64,000 nucleotides of DNA from Lama glama (Eukaryota), in the NCBI GenBank assembly GCA_028534125.1, contig CM052816.1, positions 35,652,001-35,716,000 on the forward strand. The letters run 5' to 3'. This document shows, piece by piece, positions 41,341 through 51,995 of the stretch (position 1 is the stretch's first letter; every line of letters begins with the position of its first letter). A program made the translations under genes and the position numbers. The notes below the pieces were generated by a model. The model ran no database searches. It was not told the origin of the DNA and saw only the letters and a program-made list of their open reading frames with translations.

Positions 41341-43519
41341 ATTTTAAGTGGTTCATTATATTCTTAAAAGTGATTTTAATATACTCAAGTGTCAAAGATT
41401 TCCCCCCACATAAGAAACATGTTCTGTTTTATAACATGAATCAAAGAGAATATAAGAATTACTTAATATAAATGGTTTCTTCAGCATATTTCATTAGAAA
41501 TGATATTTTTGAATAATAGGTATCATTAGGGAGATCACTTCAGTCTAGGTTTATGCTTTCTGGAATTTTCTGGGGAAAGTGTCAATAAGGAGGTGAAGGA
41601 ACAATGTGATGGTCTAGATAAACTGGTTAAACTGAATCTCAGGAACTCTGAAGGTTCTCTCCTCACCCATCCGTAGTAGCAGCAACAATAGGATGAAACT
41701 ATGATGCGACTTACCTTAATTAGCGTAGCAATTTGCCTCATGTTCTCTAAAAGTGCTAATAAATGTTAACTCAAAATAGATTAAAATACCAGACAAATTG
41801 CTACTACCTGGAAAAGAGTTATAATAATTTTGAAAATATAAATTATGGTTATGCAGCCTTTGGAGAGAACTATAAAATCCAATCTTTCTTATATTAAAAA
41901 AAAAACCTGTAGTACATGCTTTTTTCCCCCTTTAATCACAGTAATTTCTTCAAATGACACCACTGCATATTTCTTAGGAAGATACATGGAATTTTTCAAA
42001 TCTTACGTGTAATAAAGGAATTGCCATTGATAGTTTTCAGCAAGAGAAAAAGAAATTAAATACAGAAAACCAGGGATCTTGGGGAAATTATAAAAAATTC
42101 ATCTTTTTGTTCCTTTTTTATATTACATACATTTTATGAGTTGGAACAGAGAATGATTCTTTTCATTCTAACAAGTGGAGTTGTGCATGACAAAATGTCT
42201 GCAGAAAGGTGTTTGTAGGCGTAACGATTTAAAATGATTTGGACCCTCCTGGTGTCTTCCACCTAACTTTTTCTCTAAGGCACCAAAGTGCTTATGGAGT
42301 CTATACAAAGAGGTGAGCATAATTTATACTTCTGAGGAGTAAATGAAAATAACTTGAGTATAAAACTCGCCACACTATATCGCCAGGAGACTGTATAAGT
42401 AAAAGATAGAACCTTCCCTGGTGGGAGCACATGTAGTTCCCCTGAATAGCTTCTACCCAACAAAGCTCAAAAATGGAATATTTGCATTTTCCCTCCTGCT
42501 TTGTTTTCTAGAATTTACAGAACACAGTTAGCAAAAAGACTGCTTAGAAGCCACATTATCTCCACAGAGGATTACCTGTAACATTTTTCATACGGCTATA
42601 CAAAGCCAAATTACTGCGTATCCTTGCCTATAACCTATGAAAGCCAGAGATCTAACACACTCTAAATTCGCAACCACAGATGCACCTTTCTTCATGCAAC
42701 AGAAATAGGTGAATTAAATTTTGATAAACCAAAGGATATATAAAACACATTAGGAGAGCTAACAACTTGAATGAACCCTACCGTGAAAGTCTTTGCTAAT
42801 GTGAACAATTATCCCCTAATTTATATACTTCATAAATCCATATCTTCATGTATCAAGTTTGCTTAAGGTGAATTTTATCTCTCCTTGGCAGAACAGTTAT
42901 CATATAGCAAGATTTTCTATTTTAAAAAATTGGACCTCTAAAACAAAATGCCTGTCAACCCTTGGTATAAAATTTTGTACAGGCCCATGTGTAGATTAGA
43001 AAAGATGTATTGTAGAAGACAGTCCCCATCTTTATGGTAGGTTTAAATGTTTTCTCTTCTCCCTCCATTTTTCATCTATTTCCAGTTAGTTGTTCCTTGA
43101 ATTGTAAGTGATTTGGACCGCATTTACTCCCTTTGCAGTTCTTTGTCGATTTGGTGAAAGTCCTCTGACCAAATGAGTGTAGCTCTCCTTTAGTGAGACC
43201 TGCATTTTGGGGAGGTTTGTTCATGGCAGGAGGGAGAAATGTAACCTAACCACAGCCTGGGGCACATCAGGTAGAGAAAATGGAGGGTTTTCTGGATATT
43301 TGAACCCTGGACTGTGTTACTAAGAAAGGTTCTGGAATCTCCTCCAGAAAGCATAAGATAGAATAGATTCTTTTTGTATATGAAGTATGTTTTCAGGGTT
43401 ACTTCTTATCCTGTGATTATTTCGTTTTGAATATTACAACTAATGTTATCAAGTTTATTTCTGAAATATCTCAGAAGTGGAACAACATTGAGAGAATTGG
43501 TCACCCTAATAAAGTGCCA

Positions 43520-44530
43520 ACTCAATAAATGACCATTTATTGAGCACCAGCTATACTAATAAGAGGTACCATCTGGGGACCTTTTTATGTCAGTCACAGT
43601 GTTAGGCACAGCATTTAATCCTTATGACAGTCCTATAATGTAAGTACTAGTTGAGGAAACCAAATATAAACGAAGCGAAACCAGGATTCAAACCTGTTCT
43701 TGGTTGACTCTAAAGTCCACGGTATGAACCACAGTTGGTGTGTTTCCTCTCTAGTTTGATACAGCTCGACAGCCTTAATGATAAAAGGCAGACTTTGGTC
43801 CCCAGACTTTGATTCAGGTGTAAAAGAGAGTAAAGAGATGATTGGAATGCAGTGCGAGAGTGCTTAAATAAGAGACAGGCCTTGCAGGTGCCTGCCATGG
43901 GTGCACAGAAAAGGGGTACCTAGCCCAGCCTCCTGGGGAGATAGGCTTGCTGAGGGAAGGCTTCCTGAAGGAGGGAATTCCTGAGCTGAATATGAGTTCC
44001 TCAGGAAATGGCCTTTGTGATTTGTGTGTTAGTGTCTGGCTTTGCCTTGCTCTTGAGTTTCTATTTCTTATTTGTAGTTTGTTGTTATTTTCCCATTCAT
44101 TCACTGATAAGTAGGCCTGGCTCATGAATACAAAAACTGTTGTGGCTCTTGTGGATCTTACACTGGAGCAAGAGTAGACTTTAAACAAAACTGTAAACTA
44201 ACTTTGAAGGTACCATGAAGGAACAGTAGGCTATGTTGGAAGAGTGAATAATCTGGAAGCCTTACCTAATCTGGGGAGGGGAGCAGGGTGAGGGCAATGA
44301 TCAAAGTTCCCTGGGTAAATGACATTGAACTAAGAACCAAGAAATCAGGTTCTGGACGTGGAAGCGGACTTGAGAAGGAGACTTTAAGAGGGAAGTAGAC
44401 TTAAAAGTATTCCACATAAAGAGAACAGCATGTGCAAAGATCCTGAGGCCAGAAGGAACTTGGACAGCTTGATAACCTGCAATGAGGTCAAGTGACTTAA
44501 TAGTATCAAAAATATAGTAGAGAAAGAGAG
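43520..44530 (-). mobile_element. L2 and MIR fragments
   Basis: CATTTATTGAGCACC; CCAGGATTCAAACC; GGAAGGCTTCCTGAAGGAGG; GAACAGCATGTGCAAAGATCCTGAGG. Confidence 0.7.
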
Positions 44531-45835
44531 CCTGGCTAGATGATTCATGACCATCTCTTTTTTATTAAAAGTGATTTTCTTTGTGTTTTTGAGAACACAG
44601 TGTTATACATTGTGTCTATATCACAGAAAGAATTAACTGCATGGCTTGGTTGAATTTGAAATGAAAGTTGACTTTAAGGCTTGAATAGAAATTCTGACAA
44701 AGGTGATCATCAATGTAGTATTGAAATATCAATTCTAAATTTAACAAAAAGATTATATATAATGTAGTTTACCAAATCACCCAGAAAACAACATGTTATT
44801 TCAGAAAAGTGCAGATGACTGAATGTCATGGTCGTCATACTTCCAAGCAGGCTTTCATGCAAACAGCAAGGGTTTGATGTTGGTTTCCATTTTTTCCTGG
44901 TGGTCTTGATCTTTTTCAATAATGGACAGACCAGGAGGGGGAGAACAAAAATGTGTATCACCAAAATCTTCTTTCAGACCAGCTTACTCAGTATAAATGA
45001 AATATTGATGTATGTGAAAATGCCCAAGTGTTCAATAAAGATTTTAAATAAAGCCACCTAAAAGTTGTGGTTCTTAGGTTAATCATTTATTTATCTAAAG
45101 GATGAAGGAAGCTGTCTACTTCTGTGATATGAGCTACAATCAGCTTAAAAATAATTGACAAATTAATCCCTTCACAGCACAGCAATTGTAAAGGTGTTAG
45201 TTTTAATTAGGCCTGTCTGATTGCCTTGTCTAATCAAGAATCAAGGTGGTATCTTTGATGGTGAAGGTCTATTGGGGCCATCCCTGACCTGCCAGCCATG
45301 TATGTTTTAATTATTGATTCCTCACATTTCAGCCCTTTTCACAAAGGGAGTTGAAGTTTGCAATACCTTAACATTTAAAGGGAAGAAAAATAAACATTTT
45401 CCCTAACACTTCTGTCCAGAATCCTGTGTATCCTCTCCACCAACCTACAGTTTTGTCCTAAACAAGCTGTCAGGTTGATGATGAAGTCAGTCACACGTTA
45501 GAATACTGTCTTACTGCTGCCTTACCTCCCAAGCACTAGATTTTCAATGGGCGTTGTTAAGATCTTGACAAGTCACAGTCATTTAGGCTTCTAGAAAACA
45601 CATTTGATTTCTTGATATCATGTGTATTTTTAAAAATCCCTAAGGGTGAATGTAGTACTTAGCAAATCAGGGAGGTCAGACAGAAAGTGACACTGTCTTC
45701 TCACAAAACACTTGCTCCCTCTGCTGAGAAGGAATGAAGCAAGGGTTCCCAGCACTAGTGTGTCACACCAGTGGGCATGGGCGGCCGGTGCTTTCAGTGG
45801 TCCCCGTGCGTGACGGTGGCTCTTCTTTGTTCTAG

Positions 45836-45976
45836 GTCAGCGAAGTGACGGTGGAGCAGCTGGTGCAGCAGTACCCCCACATCACCTTCAGCACCGTCCT
45901 GCAGGACTGCAAGAGGACCTTGGAGAGAGCCTATCAGATGGGCTGGACCCCCAACATGTCTGCCGCCTCCTCCTAA
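45836..45976 (+). CDS. FBXL17: FBXL17 last coding exon (46 aa + TAA)
   Basis: TCTTCTTTGTTCTAG acceptor, phase 0. Reads VSEVTVEQLVQQYPHITFSTVLQDCKRTLERAYQMGWTPNMSAASS*, recognised as the FBXL17 C-terminus. Third codon positions are GC-rich. Not in the ORF track on +. Confidence 0.96.
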   Translation, partial: VSEVTVEQLVQQYPHITFSTVLQDCKRTLERAYQMGWTPNMSAASS

Positions 45977-48820
45977 CACCCCTGCCCACTCTTTGGTCCT
46001 CTCGGGTCACCCAGGAGGGTGGAGAGGAATCACAGATTTGGGTTGGGTGATCTCTTAGGTTTAAAGTGTCCTGTGTCTACATGTGTACCCAAGCGTGTGT
46101 GTTTGTGTCCCATTTGCATATTGCATAGCATAAGCGCAATTGATGTTTGTTCCCAGGTGAGCTGGGTTTTTTCTTCAAAATTAAAAATTTTGAAAGACAC
46201 AGACCTTTAGTTTCTTAGTTCAAAGGCTTATTTCTCTGGAAAAAAATTTTTTTTTTACTGTAAAATCAAAACAAAATTGGAACCATTCTTTTGAGCTTCT
46301 GATTACTGCCACCAGAGATGCCCCCAGATGAAGGCAGCAGCTGCCTTCTCTTTTCACCGGAAAGGATTGTGCACATCTACTGGTGACGACCAGAACAGTA
46401 GCGATGTTGCACTAATTAGAAGCCTGGAAACCAGTACTTTTCAAAATTTCAAGCACACACACACCTGTTGGTTCTCATACTCTCTCATACACACACCCCA
46501 CGGCACGTTCTTTCTAGATCATTTTCTGACAGAGGGGCCTTCTTCCAGGCCACTGAGAGGCATGTCATGCACTGTGGATCTGCCTGTCTCACTGTACCCA
46601 CAGGTGGCTGACCTGCTGTCCAGTGGGTGGCTTAGGGACTAGAGCGAATAAAGCCTTTTGTGAAGTTTCATATGGAGACAACACTCTGAACTCCCTGACC
46701 CAGCTCACAAAAGTTAATTATTCATTATTCTATAAAATTTGGTTGAGTACTAAGTATTTTGAGTTTGACGTTAACATTGTGTTAGCTTTTATTTCATGGA
46801 TGGTAACTGGTCCAGATATATTTTAATGATATTTGGAGCTAATCTTAACATTATCGACATAAAGCCACCAATGTAATGAATAGTGTGCAATTATTTTAAA
46901 AAAACCAACAGATCATTTAATTACTTTTCTTAATTTTGGTAATTATGAAAATATATTTCTGAGATTTGAGGCTAGTCAAATTGATAGAAGATTAATGAGT
47001 GAGATATAAGTAGACAATCTTCCTACTGTTTTGTTTTTTGTTTATTGTTTTTTTTTTGCATTGCTTTGGGCTTTAGAACAGGTTTTTTGGATACATGCAT
47101 GTTATCATATTTTGAATAGTTCTTATGCTGTCGCAAAGATCTATTGCTGGTTAATGTATGAGTTAAGAAGAAATATTAGAAAATCTTTTCATTAAGATTC
47201 TGTTTACACTTGTCAGAAATAAGCATTTCTTTGTTTAATTAAAGATTTCCAGTCTTCAGTTTAGACAATATCTATTAGTAAATGAATATATGTTTTGATT
47301 TCACACATCTTTACAATTAATTCATAGTAGGGACTCAGGCTCAAATAACCTTCCCTATGTCAAGATTTATAATCAAGACAGCAGGGAGCCTTTTTAAGCT
47401 AAAGAGTGATTATCTTTCACAGTAGAGCTAGATATACAAAACCCTGACTTGTGAGTTGGCTATTTATTCTTCCCCATTTTGGACATAAACTGTTTCTTGG
47501 CCTTTAACAGATACACTAAGATTTCAGTTTCACTTTATGTAATTCCCAACACTGCTAAAATGAATGCTTCAAGCTGTAAGAAACAAACAAACAAACAATA
47601 GCTTTACATTCGAATGCCATTCACTTATTTATAATAACTCTTTTTTTTGTAAACAACTATTTCCTTTGATTATGTCAACATGTTTCCGACGTGGCATGTC
47701 TTTGGCTTTTAATCCCAATCAGTTTGGAAAATCTAGTCACTAAGCACCAAGAGTATTTTTCCATCACTAAATGGGTTACTAATTTAATTTGAAGGGAATA
47801 AAATTTGTGTAAGAAAACAGCTGTTTACTGTTAATAAACTGTAGTTCTTCTTACACAGCAAGCTGTATCGTCTTCGTATTCATTTCCCCACCACTGAAAA
47901 GTATCTTCATCCACGATATTTTAACTGGTTTTTAATCCAAAACTAATTTATAAGACAATATGTATAGTAAAAGTAGCTTGAGTGAATAAGCAAAAGTTTA
48001 ATTTTTATATATGTCACACTATATTTTAAATAGTTAAAAAAAGACAAAAGAAGGGAGAGCCGTCGACAATAGAGATGGTGCCGTTTCAGTTCAAAGTTGT
48101 AATAATCCTTGGAGTGTTACAGTTTGGTTGTCAGATGGTTTCAGAAGTGTATAATTGATTTTTTTAATGTTGCGTTGTTTGAATCTAAAGTACAGCACTA
48201 TAACATGCTTCAGCTTGGGGGGTGGGGGTGGGGCGGGACTTGCACTTATTCTTTAAGATGTTGACTAATCCAGAAAGCCTGATGCATCATAACCTGGAAA
48301 ACTGCTTTGGTATATTTGTAGGAATCTGTAGAAATATCATATCCAGCCTCAAAGCATTAATCTCAATAAACAACCAGAAAAAGCATCACCTTGAATGATC
48401 CTGTGATGGTTGTTGAATGTGTCCTCATTAGATGCTTTGAAATAAGGCCTCAAATGATTTTTCTGGGCAATATAGAGGTTTTTTTGGTTTTTTGTTTTTT
48501 TTTGTTTTTTTTTTTTGTTTTTTTTGCTTAGAATGTCATAAATACATGTGAACATGTTTAATGCAGGGCTTTTTATCCTCTCCAAAATGTCAACAGTATT
48601 TTCAGAATAAAGACTATGAAATATATTGCTGTAGTGGAAAATTCTGGTCCTTTATCTTTAATGTCTTTTTGAGTGGATAAAGGAAATTCATCCAGTTTGT
48701 AGTTTCTATATTTCTGTGAATCTTTTGACCTTGCAATGGGTTGCAATAAAAGAGAAACAAAACAAAATGTCTTTTGTTTTATTTTAGAGACAATAAATGG
48801 CCTCCCTGTTGCTGGCTGGG
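45977..48820 (+). other. FBXL17: FBXL17 3'UTR (end approximate)
   Basis: Follows the stop codon. AT-rich with no recognisable interspersed repeats and U tracts near 47030-47057 and 48478-48525. Ends in clustered AATAAA signals, after which L2 repeats resume at ~49030. Confidence 0.75.
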
Positions 48821-48897
48821 TGTGATGCGCGCAATGGTCCCTGTGCTTGTGTTTCACTACAGACTTTATGTAGGTTTGACTAACCCAAAATAATAAA
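48606..48897 (+). terminator. Distal poly(A) signal cluster
   Basis: AATAAA at 48606, 48745, 48792 and 48892, with GT-rich sequence after 48792 (CTGTTGCTGGCTGGGTGTG...TGTGCTTGTGTTT). Which signal is used cannot be determined from sequence. Confidence 0.65.
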
Positions 48898-49029
48898 CAA
48901 GACTGGGTTTAGGAGGTTCTTGTTTGGCCAGTGAGTACTGAGATAAGATGAAAATGTCGAGGGTTTAAGCAAGTGGTTTGTTTAAAATACTATTCCTTAA
49001 ACACTTACTCATTTGCTTAGCCATTTATT

Positions 49030-49420
49030 CAATTTTTCAAAAGTTAACAAATAAATGTATTGAGTGAAAAACCTGTGCCAGGCACTGGGCATTTAAAATA
49101 AATACAAGTCGTTCCCATCTGCATGTTGCTCAAAGCCTAGCAAGGAAAGGTTCTTAAAAATTAACCAGAGCGGTGGAACAGAAGAGAGCTAATAACAGGC
49201 ATAATTTGAAGGAACACGTAGGACAGAGTAGCAGGTTTGGGAAGGAAGGACCTCACTGAGGAGGATGTTTCAGTGAGGGTTGAAGGAGTAGCAGGAGTTT
49301 ATGAAACTTACTGTGGGGAAGGAAGGGAGAGCAGCCTGGAAAATGGAAAAACACGCAAAGGCACGAGCAGATGAGACAGCAAGTCAAGTTCAGCGTGTTA
49401 GAGGAGGATACATCCCTTAG
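49030..49420 (-). mobile_element. L2 LINE fragment
   Basis: AACAAATAAATGTATTGAGT..TGTGCCAGGCACTGGG..GGAAGGACCTCACTGAGGAGG. Confidence 0.65.
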
Positions 49421-49751
49421 AAGCAGTCGGTAGGAAAAGGTTCTAGAGAAAAAACAAGGGCTATTCATAAACGTTTCATGGCTAACTGAAAAAAACAGGA
49501 AAGAAAAGTAGGAAAGAACAGATCCACTAGAGAAATCTTTCCCTAAATTCCTTCAACAAGTAGGAATTTAAACACAAGACTTTTTATTTATGGAAATACG
49601 ATGAAATGAAGACCCTGAAGGATTTTCTGCTATGTAATATGTAAAATTTTTCATTGCAATTTTTTAAAACCCTTTTTAATGACTGGGTGTGCCTGTAAGA
49701 AAGCAAAAGAAACCTTTCATGGCCAGAAACAGTGGGAACATCAGTCTAGAG

Positions 49752-49972
49752 CAGGGGGTTCGCTAAAGTATGGCCCCAGGCTAAACATGGCCAGATGTAT
49801 ATTTTTGTAAATAAAGCTTTGTTGGAACACAGTCATACACATTTGTTTACAGATTCTTTATGGCCGCTTTCATGCTGTAACAGCAGAGTTTGGTGGTTGT
49901 GAAAAATGCCATGCGGTCCATGAAGTCAAAAATATTTACTGCCTAGCGTTTACAGATGTTTACTGACACTTG
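49752..49972. mobile_element. MER58A hAT-Charlie element with 8-bp TSD
   Basis: CAGGGG..TTTTGTAAATAAAGCTTTGTTGGAACACAG..AAAATATTTACT; flanked by GTCTAGAG (49744-49751) and GTCTAGAA (49973-49980). Confidence 0.85.
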
Positions 49973-49980
49973 GTCTAGAA

Positions 49981-50140
49981 GAGTGGATCTCAAAGTGTGG
50001 TCCCCAAACCAATCAGCATCACCTGGAAACTTGCTAGAAATACAAATTCTTGGACCCCACGTTAGCACTACTAAATCAGAAACTCAAAAAATAAGCCCCA
50101 GCAATCTTCCAGGTGATTCTGATGCATGCTAAACTTTTGT
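49981..50140. mobile_element. MER5A hAT-Charlie element
   Basis: AGTGGATCTCAAAGTGTGGTCCC..CAGCATCACCTGGAAACTTGCTAGAAAT..CCAGGTGATTCTGATGCA; followed by CTCTAGAA (50141-50148). Confidence 0.8.
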
Positions 50141-50954
50141 CTCTAGAAAGGTAAGCATGGAAACTACTAGAATGTGGCACACTGTATTGATTACTATTGC
50201 CTAGATAATGTGTACAGAACTTGGGCCAGTTCTGTACTGGGAGCATCAAGTCACAGTCCTCCTCACCTAAAACCAGGATCCCTGAAAAGCAATATCCTTT
50301 TACAAAGAGTGAACTAAAATAGAACAAAGCAGAACAAAAACTGGAAGGCAGACAGTAAGAAAAATTACCGTTTTCAGGCTTGCCTGTTCATGGGTTGTTT
50401 TTTTGAAAGGTTCTCCTGGAAACTAATGACCGCCGACCACCATTCACATGGGTTTATCTGAATCCACATTACTATTTGCATCGTCTGTGTTGCTTATTGT
50501 TGTATTTTTTTAAAGGATTCATCTCTGGAGTTCTCATTGCATGACAAAAGCAGACAAAAATCATCCCAGGCCTCAGACCCCACAAAGAGTGCTAGCAAAT
50601 ATAAATTCACAATCTAGATGACAAAGGGAATAAGCCAGTATTAGTTCAAGTCAACAGGAAAAAAACAAACCATAGACCTACATCCTCAAAGACATCAATA
50701 TTAAATGTTAAGATACATAAATTTAGAATAAATGCTTGAAATAGTCAAAATATTAAAAACTATTTATAATATATGTAAGAAAAATAAAAAAGGATCTACC
50801 AAAAGAACTAGAATTTTTAGAAATGAAAAATACAATAATTGAAAATTAAAATGGAAAGGCTTTGGTAGAACAGATTCAGCTATAGAGATAAACTGAAAGT
50901 TAGATATGAGTAAAATAAATGGAAAATTGAGAAAAAAACAGCTTTTTTCTTTTT

Positions 50955-51477
50955 ATATACATATATTTATTGAAGTATAGTCAGTTTACAATGTTGCATC
51001 AATTTCTGGTGTACAGCACAATACTTCTGTTATATAGGACATCATTCATTTTCATATTCTTTTTCACCATAAGTTAGTACAAGATATTGAATGTAGTTCC
51101 CTGTGCTATACAGTATAAATTTGTCTTTCTATTTTATTTATATTAGTTAGTATCTGCAAATCTAGAACTCCCAATTTATCCCTTCCCACTCCCTTCCCCA
51201 CCTAATAACCATAAGTTTGTTTTCTGTGTCTGTGAAGTCTGTTTCTGTTTTGTAAATAAGTTTTTTTTTAAGATTCCACATATAAGTGATATCATATGGT
51301 ATTTTTCTTTCTCTTTCTGGCTTACTTCACTTAGAATGACATTTTCCAGGTCCATTCATGTTGCTACAAATGGCATTTTTATTCTTTTTGATGACTGAGT
51401 AGTATTCCATTGTATAAATATACCATGACTTCTTTATCTAGTTATCTGTTGATGGATATTTAGGCTCTTTCCATGTG
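50955..51477 (-). mobile_element. Cetartiodactyl/camelid-type L1 3' end (5'-truncated) with TSD
   Basis: TTTATTGAAGTATAGTCAGTTTACAATGTTG..TTCCCTGTGCTATACAG..AGATTCCACATATAAGTGATATCATATGG; TSD CAGCTTTTTTCTTTT (50939) / CAGCCTTTTTTCTTTT (51478). Confidence 0.9.
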
Positions 51478-51639
51478 CAGCCTTTTTTCTTTTGTGTGGA
51501 TAATATCCATATGGATGACTGAGATTTTAAGACACGTGAGACGTAATATGAGACCTTCCAACATGTCTATCTAATCTTGCACAAGAAAAAATAGGATAAG
51601 GGAAAGACAGTGTTTAAAGATATAATGGAGTGTCCATTT

Positions 51640-51995
51640 GTTAACAGAGAAGAAAAAAGATTTTGGAGGAGAATATCAAAGGCTCAGTTTTGGATGAGTT
51701 AATTTTGAGATGCTCATTAGACATTGAAGTGAGTGTGTTGAGTATGTTGTGGAATATAGGAGTCCAGTTCTCAGGAGAGGTATACAAATGGCACTTAAAA
51801 TCATGAGCCTGTCTGAAATCATCATCTGTGGCCATCATCCATAACTTTAGGTAGAAAATGAAGTCTAAGGACTGTATCTTTGGTCACTGCAAAGTTGGAA
51901 GGCAGGGACAGGAAGGAAACTCTTTAAAGAAACTGAGGAACCTAAGAGGTTGGAAGACAGCCAGGAGCGTGTTCTATCCTGGAATCAAGTGAAAA
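51640..51995 (-). mobile_element. L2 LINE fragment
   Basis: CAGTTTTGGATGAGTTAATTTTGAGATGC..GGATATAGGAGTCCAG-like motifs. Confidence 0.65.

Noticed and set aside
45794..45979. 61-aa minus-strand ORF
   Set aside because: Antisense shadow of the GC3-rich FBXL17 last exon.
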